A stretch of 63,068 nt of DNA, filler included, from Rhabdomonas costata (Eukaryota), in NCBI GenBank assembly GCA_019059605.1. It is 57 parts of 57 records of this genome, joined end to end, with 100 filler letters (N's around TTAATTAATTAA, not from the genome) between each part and the next. Parts side by side here need not be neighbours in the genome. Positions count along the whole stretch, not along the records: positions 12,200 to 13,208 come from JAHMHO010033843.1; positions 13,309 to 14,317 come from JAHMHO010033844.1; positions 14,418 to 15,426 come from JAHMHO010033845.1; positions 15,527 to 16,535 come from JAHMHO010033846.1; positions 16,636 to 17,644 come from JAHMHO010033847.1; positions 17,745 to 18,753 come from JAHMHO010033848.1; positions 18,854 to 19,862 come from JAHMHO010033849.1; positions 19,963 to 20,971 come from JAHMHO010033850.1; 49 more parts are not named here. The stretch is one strand, 5' to 3'. Shown piece after piece: positions 12,643-23,911 of the stretch. A model generated the notes under the pieces. The model saw nothing but the letters and a program-made list of their open reading frames with translations. It was not told the DNA's origin and made no database searches. Position 1 is the stretch's first letter. Each line of letters starts with the position of its first letter. Both the position numbers and the translations under genes were made by a program.

Positions 12643-12979
12643 CTGCAGGAGCAATTCCAAGAGGATATGTGTCGTTAAAACCAATGCAGTGAGTATACCG
12701 AAGATAAGAAGGACTTTCGTCACAGTGTATCTACTCCAAGCAAAAATGCGGACAGCTGAAACCACCATCCAGGATGGCAAGCACAATGGCAAGAACAAAC
12801 AAGCCTCAGCAGCTCAGTTAAAGGCATCAACCCTCCCCCTCCCGACGAAAATTTGTTCGCTATGTGGCTTGTGATGCACCGCACATTTTTTACACAGGAT
12901 TAGGCCCAAAAATGGGAAGACAGAATCCCTACCAATGACCTGAACCCCACTATCAGCATTTACTCGCAAGCGGCGGTAC

Positions 12980-13089
12980 CCATGAAGAGCTCCAGGGAGT
13001 GCCCAATGTAGTCCGGGTGTGCAACTGTGCTGGCCTTCTCGATGATCAGTTGGGTGTCGTAGATCACATAGCCGCAAAACACCAGCAAC
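12980..13089 (-). CDS. BI-1: Bax inhibitor-1 (TMBIM6-like), penultimate exon
   Basis: LLVFCGYVIYDTQLIIEKA...DYIGHSLELFM. The GT-AG intron 12643-12979 splices in frame (ATG G|AC) to the terminal exon. Confidence 0.92.
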
Positions 13090-13308
13090 CTATACACAAA
13101 TAGAGGAGGGCATCTCCGTTTACTGTGGTGATTGCTCCTTCGTTGCACTCAAGCGCGCACGAGAGGCGAGAAAAAGAACGAAAGGAAACATCGTCAGTGA
13201 AACAAACCNNNNNNNNNNNNNNNNNNNNNNNNNNNNNNNNNNNNNNNNNNNNTTAATTAATTAANNNNNNNNNNNNNNNNNNNNNNNNNNNNNNNNNNNN
13301 NNNNNNNN

Positions 13309-14317
13309 CAGCTGGACAACCTGGACGCCGAGTACAACGCCGCCGACGTTTCGAGATGCAATCCCGCTCTGCCGCCTTGCTTACGGCATGCCGTGGACCG
13401 GTGTCGCGCAGTGTTGGCTGACACCGGAGAGTTGAATTTCCACCAGGCGGAGCAATGCTGGAAGGAGCTGAGTGGTTTGCAGCGCTTATTTTTGGACAAG
13501 CAAGCCGCCTCTCCCAAGGACGGCGTTCTGAGCAGCTGTGCGAAGCTTTTCTTCTGCGACGTGGACTGTCAAGCAGTTACTTCCTCTGCACAGGATGGAA
13601 GCCAGACCGAAGCCTTATCGCTTCTCGAGGCTGCTTCACAAGCGACGCTGGACGATATTCTCCTGAGCTGTGATGCAGCCACGGCTGTGCAGGGACTGGG
13701 GTGCGTGTTTGCTCACTGTCGGAATGTGATGGAGCACGCGGCTGTCACGGACGCAGCACAGGCTGAGGAATGCTGGGAACTCTTGACGGGTGTTCGACAA
13801 AGTCTTCTGTGCAAGAAAGTCACGGGAGAGCAGGCTGGATCCGAGCGGTCGTTTTTCGATATGGTGTATGCGGAGTCAAGTGTCCAAAGCGACCGCGCCA
13901 CTGCGAACCACGCTGCAGTCCAAACCGAGCATCGTGCTGTGTCTCCTGCCGAAACGCAGACGGTGCGTGTTGAAATGGGCAGCCACTCGGCTCAGGTTGA
14001 CACGTTTTCCGAAGCCGCCATTGAAGCCCTGCAACAGTTTCACCACGGAGCCACCCGGCTTACTGTCGACGAGCTGCACTGCCTTGCGGAGCGCACTGCA
14101 GATGACTTGCTGGGGTTGCACATGGAGCTGCTATCGGCACTTTACGAAATCGGAAGAAAGCTGTACCCTGGTCGCGCGGACGCTTCCTCTCAGCTGGACA
14201 ACCTGGACGCCGAGTACAATGCCGCCGACGTTTCGAGATGCAATCCCGCTCTGCCGCCTTGCTTACGGCATGCCGTGGACCGGTGTCGCGCAGTGTTGGC
14301 TGACACCGGAGAGTTGA
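13309..14317 (+). CDS. Intronless fragment of a large tandem-repeat protein (882 bp / 294 aa unit)
   Basis: Frame is open across the whole fragment. 13309-13435 recurs at 14191-14317 with one synonymous change (AAC/AAT). Confidence 0.8.
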
Positions 14318-15006
14318 NNNNNNNNNNNNNNNNNNNNNNNNNNNNNNNNNNNNNNNNNNNNTTAATTAATTAANNNNNNNNNNNNNNNNNNNNNNNNNNN
14401 NNNNNNNNNNNNNNNNNTGTTGGTGTGTTTGGGGCGATGGTATGGAATTGTGTATGTGTGTGCGTGGCTGCAAAAATGTGCTGCAAGGAGTGTCAATAAC
14501 CAAACCTTCCAAAACGGCTCCTCCCGTGATAGCGCAGAAATTGTTTCACCCTGCTTTCCAAGTGTCGACAGACAGGAGTTTCAGTTAACGAGAGAAAAAA
14601 GCGAATCCAGCGAAAAAACGTGATTACAAAACATAGGAAAGGGAAGGGAAGGGATGACACTCCCATAAATCTGTGAGGGAAACTCAGACCCCCAGCAGGA
14701 GCCTTGCTGTCCTGCCTTCATTATCACCAGGGCGGAGCTTGGCTTCTCTCTTCCGTCTCACCTCTCACCGCGGAAGTCTGGCGATCTGGCGATGCTACAA
14801 AGGGGTTTTTGAAAAAAGGTAGCTTTTGCGGGGGGGAGAACAGCACAACAAACGCCTCCACAACCCTTGCATTCCCGCATCACCGTACATAGATCAGCCC
14901 ATGATAATCAGGGAGACCAGACACGCTCATGCAATTATTTCATCATGGACAGACAGAGTGTTGGAAGGAAGAAAAGAAGGAGAGAGAGAGAGGAGGAGGT
15001 GCGTAC

Positions 15007-15239
15007 CCCCCAGCACAGAGCTTTATTCTCTCCGGGGCCACCCCGCACTGCTCCGTGAACAGATGGGTCAGCACATCTGCCGTCGTCCCCGCAGGGAGGT
15101 ACTTCAGCCTCACCTCCCGAGCCGCAAACTTCTGCAAATCTGCCCACCCATAGCCATGACATGGGCAAAGCATACCGAAACCAAGCAGCAGCAGCAGCAG
15201 CAGCAGCAGCGGCGGCCTCAGGGGCGCATTGTGATTCAC
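15007..15239 (-). CDS. First exon of a secreted or membrane protein with a signal peptide
   Basis: MNHNAPLRPPLLLLLLLLLGFGMLCPCHG signal-like N-terminus with (CTG)n poly-Leu. Donor gtacgc at 15006. Confidence 0.6.
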
Positions 15240-15526
15240 GGGAAAACAAGTTCTCTTGAAGCCAGGCTTTTCTACCTTCCTTCACTCCAGTTGGCAGTTT
15301 CATGTGAGAGAAGCGTGCAGATGAAGGGATTTAACGCAATCGAATGGGAATGAATTCCACGTGAACCGAGTTGAGAACGAGCACGCAAAGCTTTGGGTGA
15401 AACACTACTGGAACCAACACCCCCCCNNNNNNNNNNNNNNNNNNNNNNNNNNNNNNNNNNNNNNNNNNNNTTAATTAATTAANNNNNNNNNNNNNNNNNN
15501 NNNNNNNNNNNNNNNNNNNNNNNNNN

Positions 15527-16535
15527 GTTGTTGTGGGGAAGGCTTGCCACTTCACCAAGATTGACCTCCACTCTGGCTTTTACCAAATCCGAGTGTACCC
15601 GAAACACGTCCACCGCACTGCCTTTAAGACTAAGTACGGCACGTTTCACTACCGGGTCATGCCATTTGGTTTGCGTAACGCTCCATCTACCTTCCAACGG
15701 ACGATGGACTTTGTCCTGTCCGATCTCCGTGAGTTTTCCGGCGCGTACATTGACGATGTTCTAATCTTCACTAACGCGCTTGAGGAGCACATGTACGCCA
15801 TCCAATAAGTGTACAAACAACCTGACAAGAACCATCTCTTTGCCAACCCGGAGAAGTGCTCCTTCTGTCAACCGGAATTTGAGTACTGTGGTTTCATCGT
15901 GGGACACGAAGGTGTCCGCCAGAAATGCCAGACTTGCAGCAGTCCACATTTGGCCAACCACTCGCAACCCCACTAAGGTTAAAAGTTTCTTAGACATTTG
16001 TGGTTTCAACAACGTTTTGTCACCGACTACGCTACAGTTGCAGCGCCACTAACGGATCTATTGAAGAAGCACCAAGATTGGCAGTGATGAGGGAAAGAAA
16101 ACGAAGCGTTTGAGGAACTCAAACGACGATTCCTCAAACAAACCGTCTTAATGATTCTAGATTTGTCCAAAACACTCATTCTCCACACTGACGCTTTAGA
16201 AGTTGGTGTCGGCGCAACACTGTCACAACACGACGACATATGGCTTGTTGCTTGCCGATCTCGGAAACGTTCGCACGCAGAAAAGAACTATAATGTTCAT
16301 GAAAAAATGCTAGCCTTGGTGGATTCTCTAGAAGCATGGCGTCATTACCTACTGGGTGCCGAAGTGCACGTATATACCGACAACTCCGCACTCAGGTACC
16401 TACAGAAAAGCCCCCGCCATGCACCCAGACAAATCAGATGGCTAGAAAAACTACAGGCGTTCTCGCTCAAGATTACCCACAAACCGGGGGAAGACAACCG
16501 TATTGTTGTTCCAGATTCCAGAATTGCAAAAACAC
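15527..16535 (+). mobile_element. Ty3/gypsy LTR retrotransposon pol remnant (RT-RNase H), pseudogenised
   Basis: FTKIDLHSGFYQI, TAFKTKYGTFHYRVMPFGLRNAPSTFQRTM, AYIDDVLIF, LHTDA..VGVGATLSQ, WRHYLLG..VYTDN..L. In-frame stops and frameshifts present. Confidence 0.97.
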
Positions 16536-17079
16536 NNNNNNNNNNNNNNNNNNNNNNNNNNNNNNNNNNNNNNNNNNNNTTAATTAATTAANNNNNNNNN
16601 NNNNNNNNNNNNNNNNNNNNNNNNNNNNNNNNNNNGGGGGTGGGGAGGGTGGTGGGTTGCCTCAGGTATTGGTTTGAATGTAGTAAATAATGTAATTGCA
16701 TGGACACAATGGATCAGGATGTACTGTAAGCGAGTGGCTCGTGTGCGTATGTGTGTGTGGTCTTTTCCGTTCTTCACCCGTGGAAGTCGAACTCGAGCCC
16801 GTCTCTAGCGCAGCTGGAGTTGAGGACAACGTCACAAAAGAAAGGCTGCAAGCCAGCAAGGCGCCACCCTTCACTGCTCACTTTCTGCTTGCACTTGCTG
16901 TGAAATCCAGTTGCCTATTTCTGTTTATCTCAAATTCGATCCCCTCTACCTCTTCTCTTTCGGCACGCGCCCTGGTGCGTGTCTGGAAGCTACCGTCGGT
17001 ATTAGAAGCGCACCCATAGAGCGAGTGAGGAAAGGAGTGGTGTGTACAGAATACTTGGAAGTGGAAGTTTTGCCCGAAG

Positions 17080-17252
17080 ATGGACTGGAGCAAGATCGAG
17101 GAGCTGGAGGTGACCGTGCTGTCGGGGCGAGACCTGGTGGTGCCGAAGGGCCAGAGCTGCGACCCCTTCGTCACGGTTTCGTTTGACGGGATGGGGCCGG
17201 TGACGCAGACCCCAACCATTTTCAATTCTGCGAACCCAGACTGGAACGACAA
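17080..17252 (+). CDS. C2-domain protein, N-terminal exon
   Basis: LEVTVLSGRDLVVPKGQSCDPFVTVSF...QTPTIFNSANPDWN is the typical C2 N-terminal half. Probable donor AA|gtcgcg. Confidence 0.85.
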
Positions 17253-17744
17253 GTCGCGCCTCCCAAAGCCCTTTGAGGGTATTTTTCCTGTGTGCGGGGT
17301 CGCGCTTGCATTTCGGTTGTAGGACCGACGACTGCCGAAGGTTCTTTCTTCCGTGGGCATTTTAGAAAATGTTTCGGGCGCTCCTGGAATCACAGAGGCA
17401 GGGAGAATGCCCCAATGAGGACCTGAGGACTCGGGAACCAAATTAAAAACCGCTCAGCGGCCGCTGCAGCAGAAGAGACGGGTGAAGTCTGGTCAATCAG
17501 AGCAATCATTGCGATGAACATATCAAGCGCAATCATTGTACGTGAACCATCCCCCTCCCTCCCATTCGCCCCCCGATGGTCACTGCTCCGCGACACCCCA
17601 AAAGAAGAAAGAAGAAAGGGTGTTCAGTGCACACAAAAACCACANNNNNNNNNNNNNNNNNNNNNNNNNNNNNNNNNNNNNNNNNNNNTTAATTAATTAA
17701 NNNNNNNNNNNNNNNNNNNNNNNNNNNNNNNNNNNNNNNNNNNN

Positions 17745-18038
17745 TGGGTGGGGTTGCGGAGCAGCACCGCGGAGAGTGCCATCACCCCGGAGTCCCCAAT
17801 GCAATTGCACCCTGCGTGGAGCTGCACCAGCGTGGTGCTGGAGGAAAGCCCCTGGCACAGCAGGGAGAGACCCGAGTCCCCGATGAGATTCTCGCCCAGC
17901 TTCAGGCGCTGCAAGGGGCGGGAGTGGAGAAGCGCGGAGAGGCACCGGCAGGTCTCCTCGCCGACGCGGTTCCCGAACAACTGCAGCGTGCACAGCTCGG
18001 GGCAGAAGGTACCCACGAAGCGCACCACTGCGGCACCG
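17745..18038 (-). CDS. Leucine-rich repeat protein (RNI-like), downstream exon
   Basis: LCTLQLFGNRVGEE, LQRLKLGENLIGDSG and LVQLHAGCNCIGDSG repeats. (CT)n-tag acceptor at 18039. Confidence 0.9.
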
Positions 18039-18551
18039 CTAAAAGAGAGAGAGAGACCCAGAAAGAAACTAACAGCAAAACACATCAACTCTTGGAATGC
18101 CACCAAGAGGAAGGCACATCAACTCCAGGAATGCGGCCAGTCGAGAAGGCCTCAATCAGACAAGAAAACGGTCCCCTTCAAGAAGCCAGAACTAGGACCA
18201 CTTTGGTGCCCAGAGAAGGCCACCGAAACTCTCTAACTGTGTGGCTGTCGGCCTGGAGCTTTGCTTTGTCCACGAAGGGGAAGTAACAAACTCTGAGTGT
18301 CAGTCATTAGATATGCCCAAGAAGACGGGTGCCAGTGTCTACGGGGCAGGAAAACAGCAACCGTAACATAAGGCAAAGCTCCCACACATATCTCCCGGTT
18401 TTAATTGAAAAAGACACACATTGAAAAAGAAAGACAGAGAAAAGCGTTGGCAGACGAGATGCATCCTTCAGTTCCCGTTCTCGTCACCATCAGTTAGAAC
18501 GATCGGTCAAAGGAACACTGCGAGGCGCAAAAACAAGAAGCACTCCCACAC

Positions 18552-18753
18552 CAAAGGTCATCCAAGTCATCGAAGTCAAAGATCAGCGACTGCACCACGG
18601 GCTTGTACCCCATCATCAACTCCGCCAGGGTCCGCAGCACCCCCTCCAGAGCCAGTGGTGTGAGGCTGACGTGGGATAAGTTCAGCACGGTCAGGGGCAG
18701 GCTGAGCGAAGCCAGCCACTCAACCACAGCGGGCTCCGCGGCAACCCCCCCCC
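18552..18753 (-). CDS. Leucine-rich repeat protein, upstream exon
   Basis: LTVLNLSHVSLT. The GT-AG intron 18039-18551 joins in frame (TG|C) to the downstream exon. Confidence 0.8.
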
Positions 18754-18911
18754 NNNNNNNNNNNNNNNNNNNNNNNNNNNNNNNNNNNNNNNNNNNNTTA
18801 ATTAATTAANNNNNNNNNNNNNNNNNNNNNNNNNNNNNNNNNNNNNNNNNNNNATAAGATTCATGGCACGAGGAACTGACGAGGCAATCTTATCATGAAA
18901 ATCTTAGATCC

Positions 18912-18985
18912 GTTCATGTTCATGTTCATGTTCATGTTCATGTTCATGTTCATGTTCATGTTCATGTTCATGTTCATGTTCATGT
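18912..18985 (+). repeat. (GTTCAT)n hexanucleotide microsatellite, about 12 units
   Basis: Direct reading of the sequence. Confidence 0.97.
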
Positions 18986-19189
18986 TTTTTTCTGTGTGTG
19001 GAACATCTGTGTCGTTCGTGCTGCAATTACCGTGGTGACCCATGTTACTGCAGCAGTGCCGTGATCTTCATGCTTTCAAAAAATCTTCCCCATTCACTCT
19101 TGCGGCTTCTCTGGCGGGTTGGTTTCAGGTTGACTGAGCGGCGGCGAGAACGGCTGTTTCCGACCCCAACTGAGCAACCCCAGTCAACC

Positions 19190-19862
19190 TACAAACCCAT
19201 TTCAGACCACCTTGTTTTGCGACATTTAAAACGGAATGCAAACCTCGCCTGATTTCCGACATGCGCGCACACAACACTTGTTTCCCCCGGACACCTTCCT
19301 TCTCCCTTCCTTCATGTGCATCCCTGCTGCATCGGCGCAGTTTTCGGCCTCTCAGGTTTGTAAAAGTTTGTAAAAGTGATTTACTGAACTGCTTTTGGTC
19401 CCTGTCTTTACCACCCACTGTAAAGGGGTTCTTTCATCTCGGATCAGGTCCAGACGCCCCCGTTTATGGTTCCCGCCGTTTCCCTTTCCGCTGGCGCTGG
19501 AGTCCTCTCCTTGTCCAACTCACCCATCCATCGCATCATTGGTCCTCTTCATTCCCTGTTTCCTGGACTTTGATGGCACTTCATAGATGACATACTTCTC
19601 ACCTCTGAAGACCCTCATTTTCTCGTGTTTGGCGTTGAATATCTGGTTCACCTTCTCCTAGTTCAAGGCTTCATCATAAGTCAAAAATCTTTGCTCATCC
19701 CCTTCCGTACTATCTCTTGGCTTGGTAAGATGCTCTCTGCCGCTGAAGGCACACTGCTCGACGATCCCCGATGCACTGGGCACTCAATGTTTCATTTGTG
19801 GTGTCTCCGTTGTTGTAAATACTCATTTCGTTCTTTTCAACGGCTTCTCGGATCCCTCCAGT
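19190..19862 (+). mobile_element. DIRS / tyrosine-recombinase retrotransposon reverse transcriptase remnant
   Basis: KPRLISDMRAHN...PSFSLPS...KSDLLNCFWSLSLP...FPFRWRWSP, then FIDDILL (19580-19600, shifted frame), then GFIISQKSLLIP...ISWLGK. Frameshifted. Confidence 0.8.
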
Positions 19863-20183
19863 NNNNNNNNNNNNNNNNNNNNNNNNNNNNNNNNNNNNNN
19901 NNNNNNTTAATTAATTAANNNNNNNNNNNNNNNNNNNNNNNNNNNNNNNNNNNNNNNNNNNNCTCGAATTGGCATGTGTAGGCGCACTTTCCTGCTGTCC
20001 TACCAGGAGAGCTTGAGAAATGAGAGAGGAGCAGCTGATGCACAGAGGCGGGCAGGTTGTTTTACAAGCCCCATTCGAAATCCATTAGCGCACAGCAAAC
20101 TAACAATGCACGGTGTAGCACAAAGTGCTGCCGCAGAACAGTAGGCTTACAAGTCGCCAATCAGAATATACACCGACGCGCAC

Positions 20184-20387
20184 CTGTGCCTCCAGAAGCA
20201 TGTTGGCCACATCGTACCACCCATGTCGCGCTGCGCTGTGAAGTGGGGTGCGGAGGTAGGGGCCCGCGGTGTGGCTCACCACGTTGCTTCGCGGGCTGTC
20301 GCTCTGGTGGCGCAGCAGTTGTAGCGCCGCCTCGTGGTCGCCGGCCTCAGCAACCTCGGCCAGCTCTTTTTCCTCGCCGCTCAAGGG
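20184..20387 (-). CDS. Ankyrin-repeat protein exon
   Basis: ELAEVAEAGDHEAALQLL...RTPLHSAARHGWYDVANMLLEA. tag acceptor and CAG|gtgcgc donor. Confidence 0.85.
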
Positions 20388-22484
20388 CTATGCAGAAATG
20401 AAGTACATACCCGATCGCACAGAGAGTGTGTGGAGCAGAGGAGATAACTTTCCCTGGAGAGCTAGGGAGCCAGGGATGCTTGAGATGAGCTCTGGAGGTT
20501 TCCGTCCGAGGTCAGGCAGCGCGAAATTGGGGGCAGTTATGTTCTGCACAAGGGAGAGAGAGAAGGACACGAATACAACAACTGGCAATAAACTCTTTTT
20601 ATACCACAAGCATTGCTTCGGACCACGCGTGGCACCCGCACGGTATTCAAGTGATTAGCTATGATTATCCCGATGCGTTGCGTGCGAGGGGAGTGGCATT
20701 CTGTTCGCATAAAAGTCTGTAGAGCGTGAGGGTTCAGGTCCATCCCCTCAGTCCTCACTGTCGGCTCTTTTGCTCATGCTCACTGGCCGTCGGCCTCCAG
20801 CTACCTCATTTCCTGACCACAGTCCTTTCTTTCTTGATATTTTTAACAGGTCGCACTCCTCACATCCCCCTGCAAGGTCACACACAGACCAGCAGAGACT
20901 TCTCCATCTGGAGCATCTCCCGCATCTCGGCCTGGATGTCGGCTTGCAGGGAGGCCATCTTCTCCAACCACNNNNNNNNNNNNNNNNNNNNNNNNNNNNN
21001 NNNNNNNNNNNNNNNTTAATTAATTAANNNNNNNNNNNNNNNNNNNNNNNNNNNNNNNNNNNNNNNNNNNNTTGGTGTGTTTGGTGGGTTGGGTCACACT
21101 GGGACGGAAAGGAGCCGGTTTCCTTCACAGAAGTGCTCGTTTTAATCTTACCAAGATACTGCTTGGTTTCGGCGAGAACACTTTTGTGTTGTGTCTATGG
21201 CGGAAGGCGAGCCTTTGGGCACTATGCACTATTTTTTTTTTGCTTTTTTTAGCTGTCTTTGTGCGTGTTGTCGATCCTTCCCCACACCTCTTCCTTCGCA
21301 GCCACACAGTGACTGCAGCAGCATTTGTGTTCCAGTGCAAGGCAACCGTGAACCGGGCTGTGTCCGTGCTTCGCGCCTCCCATACCGTTGAAATCCGGGG
21401 GTCACCCTCCCCTCTCTATGGCAGCATGCACGGGCGTGGTGGACGCCTTTTTTGTGCAGTTTTTTATGCGGTCCCCTTTTGCGCGTTCCGCTGGTGCCAC
21501 TCCCCGCTTTCTCACCCGCTGTGCAATGCTCTGCATCCCCGGCAATGTGATCTGATCAAGAACGCATTGCTACAGAGTGTTCAGGCTTTTTTGCTTTTGC
21601 TTCGGTAGGGTAGGGACAGTGGACTTGTGTGGACTGTCGATTGGGCCGCATAGATTGCTGAGCACAAATCGCTGATTGCCAGGTAACCTCCCTCCTTTCA
21701 ATGTTTCAAAGGGCATGGTTCTGAACGCAACCTGCTTTTGTCCTTTTTTTCATCGTTATCTTTGCATCCTTGCTGGCGAAACTCCTCCGCAGCATAGGCC
21801 CCAGCGAGAAGCGAGTTTGGGTCAGTGATACGTAGTCAATCAAAAAGCACTGCCTTGCTGGCTTTGTGGTATTCCAACCCAAGCTCCAGCGATGCTTCGG
21901 GAAAAGCCGTGGACACCGGATGCGCAAGTGAACTACCGCGAGGGGGGGGGTCAGCTTGCTGCGCTCTTTCCTTTCAGGGAGTGGTTCTGCTCCTCCTGGT
22001 TAACTTCTATGCGATGCGGAATAAATTCGCAAGTAATGCAGTCGAGTACCGCAAAAAATGGAACTTCTGACCTAAAACCNNNNNNNNNNNNNNNNNNNNN
22101 NNNNNNNNNNNNNNNNNNNNNNNTTAATTAATTAANNNNNNNNNNNNNNNNNNNNNNNNNNNNNNNNNNNNNNNNNNNNTTTCAGTTATTTATAGTTTTT
22201 TCTTTCAATTTTTCGTTTTTTTTGCTTTACGGTCGGGTGCCTTCTTTACTGATGTTTCGTCCATATCGATGTTGGTATAATCGTTCGAGCAGGTGCCATT
22301 TTTTGCAAGTATTCGAACGATTTTTTGGGTTAAGGATATAAAGAGGTTACGACAGTTGGTATTTCCTTTGAACGTTAAGTCTTAATTTCCAAATGGGAAG
22401 TTCTTTTTTCTTTCGAGAGAGGGGGAGGGGGGCTGCACAGTCGTCACCCCTTTCTCTCTTTCTGTGGCTCTTCTTCGACACAGG

Positions 22485-22914
22485 AGGATCCTGAGTCTGC
22501 CCGTGTACCCTGCGATTCTTGTGGAGCTCAGCCTGGAGTCCCAGTTCGTTAACACCAGCCTCCGCAAAGGTGAGGAGGCTATGCTGATGTGTGTGCCCAT
22601 TGACGAGTTGTGGCTCTCGCGTTGGCTCAGATGGGTTCAGATTCATAGTTTTGGCATTTGCTGTGGCTGGCATTGTGTGTGTGTGGCTTTTACGTTGTCC
22701 CAACTTCGACTGCGAAACAAAGGGAGAATGAGTTTCTTGCGGGGGAGGGGGGGTACTTCGCACAATATTGGCAATGCTTTTCTCCCATACTAGCTTTTCC
22801 CTCCCTCTGCCTTGCTCTCTTCACTTAGCTGAACTTCTGAGCTACTTGGGTTCCACAGACTTATGGACCCTGGACACCCGTCTGGCGTCCCTAGCCCAGT
22901 CCGCGCTGTTTCAG
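22485..22914 (+). CDS. Two exons (about 22485-22569 and 22830-22914) of an unknown protein
   Basis: cacag|...AAAG|gtgagg and ttag|CT...CAG|gtttg. The spliced frame is open: RILSLPVYPAILVELSLESQFVNTSLRKAELLSYLGSTDLWTLDTRLASLAQSALFQ. Confidence 0.6.
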
Positions 22915-23747
22915 GTTTGTGGATTTGACCCCATATGCTCACCGCTGTTTTCGATTTCATTGGTATTTTTCATCTCGACCCCACTTTTGTACGCGCACTG
23001 TTTCTGAGCGTCCTGTTTTGAACGCCCCAGAGGGGCCCCATACAAGAGAAACCTTTGCTGTGCTTGGGGGGGGGGGCAGTATAAACCTTCACAATTGTCA
23101 TCGAGCTGCCCAGCGGCCGGGCCACAACAGCGCAGAGCAAGCAGTGCCTTGCGTCGGGTCAGTCACCCCCCCCACCAAACACCACCACNNNNNNNNNNNN
23201 NNNNNNNNNNNNNNNNNNNNNNNNNNNNNNNNTTAATTAATTAANNNNNNNNNNNNNNNNNNNNNNNNNNNNNNNNNNNNNNNNNNNNGCCCAACACGTG
23301 TTCCATTATTTTTATTCGAGATTACATCGCTTCTGGCCGGTTCTGTTGATGTGTGTGTGTTTTAATCTGACCACAGACAGAGACCTCAAATGAGAAAAGC
23401 TGCTGCGCGACAAAAACCCCGGACCCTTTGGCAGAAGATAATTTATAAGTAGCATATGTCTGCGTGTGTTGAACACTATTTATATAGCATATAAATAACG
23501 CGCAACACACGCAGACATATAGTGTCCTTTGCCCATCACCAATACTGTCTCAACTCAACGTTCCTTTTCGGAATTCACCGCCATGGGCAATGGCAAGAAA
23601 GGCTTGAGCGCAGGTGCTGGCAAAATTAATTTCTGGTTGACATTGGCGCCAGGATTGGGTCAGTCTCCTCGATTGCATGTGACTCATTACGGGTCGGTTC
23701 CATACCTCATTCGAGTGAATCAACGAAGGTTTTGCTTCCTTTATTAG

Positions 23748-23911
23748 CATTGCTTCCAGTCTGTGGGCCGTGCGAGCACGGGCTGTGCAACCTCGGCACT
23801 GGGAGGTGCATGTGCGCAGTCGACTGGACCGGCCCGAGCTGCTCGGAGCGCAGCTACTGGTGCACCAACTGGCAGCCCCGCGTGATGAACGAAACATCGG
23901 GAATCATCCAG
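23748..23911 (+). CDS. EGF-like domain exon
   Basis: CGPCEHGLCNLGTGRCMCAVDWTGPSCS has EGF cysteine spacing. Donor CAG|gtcctc. Confidence 0.85.

Noticed and set aside
18289..18302. Euglenid spliced-leader gene (CTGAGTGTC; also TTTCTGAGCGTC at 23001)
   Set aside because: Only about 9-12 nt of similarity, with no following T-run, donor or Sm site. The 18289 match lies inside an LRR intron.
18861..19043. (MN)n repeat protein
   Set aside because: Translation of the (GTTCAT)n microsatellite.
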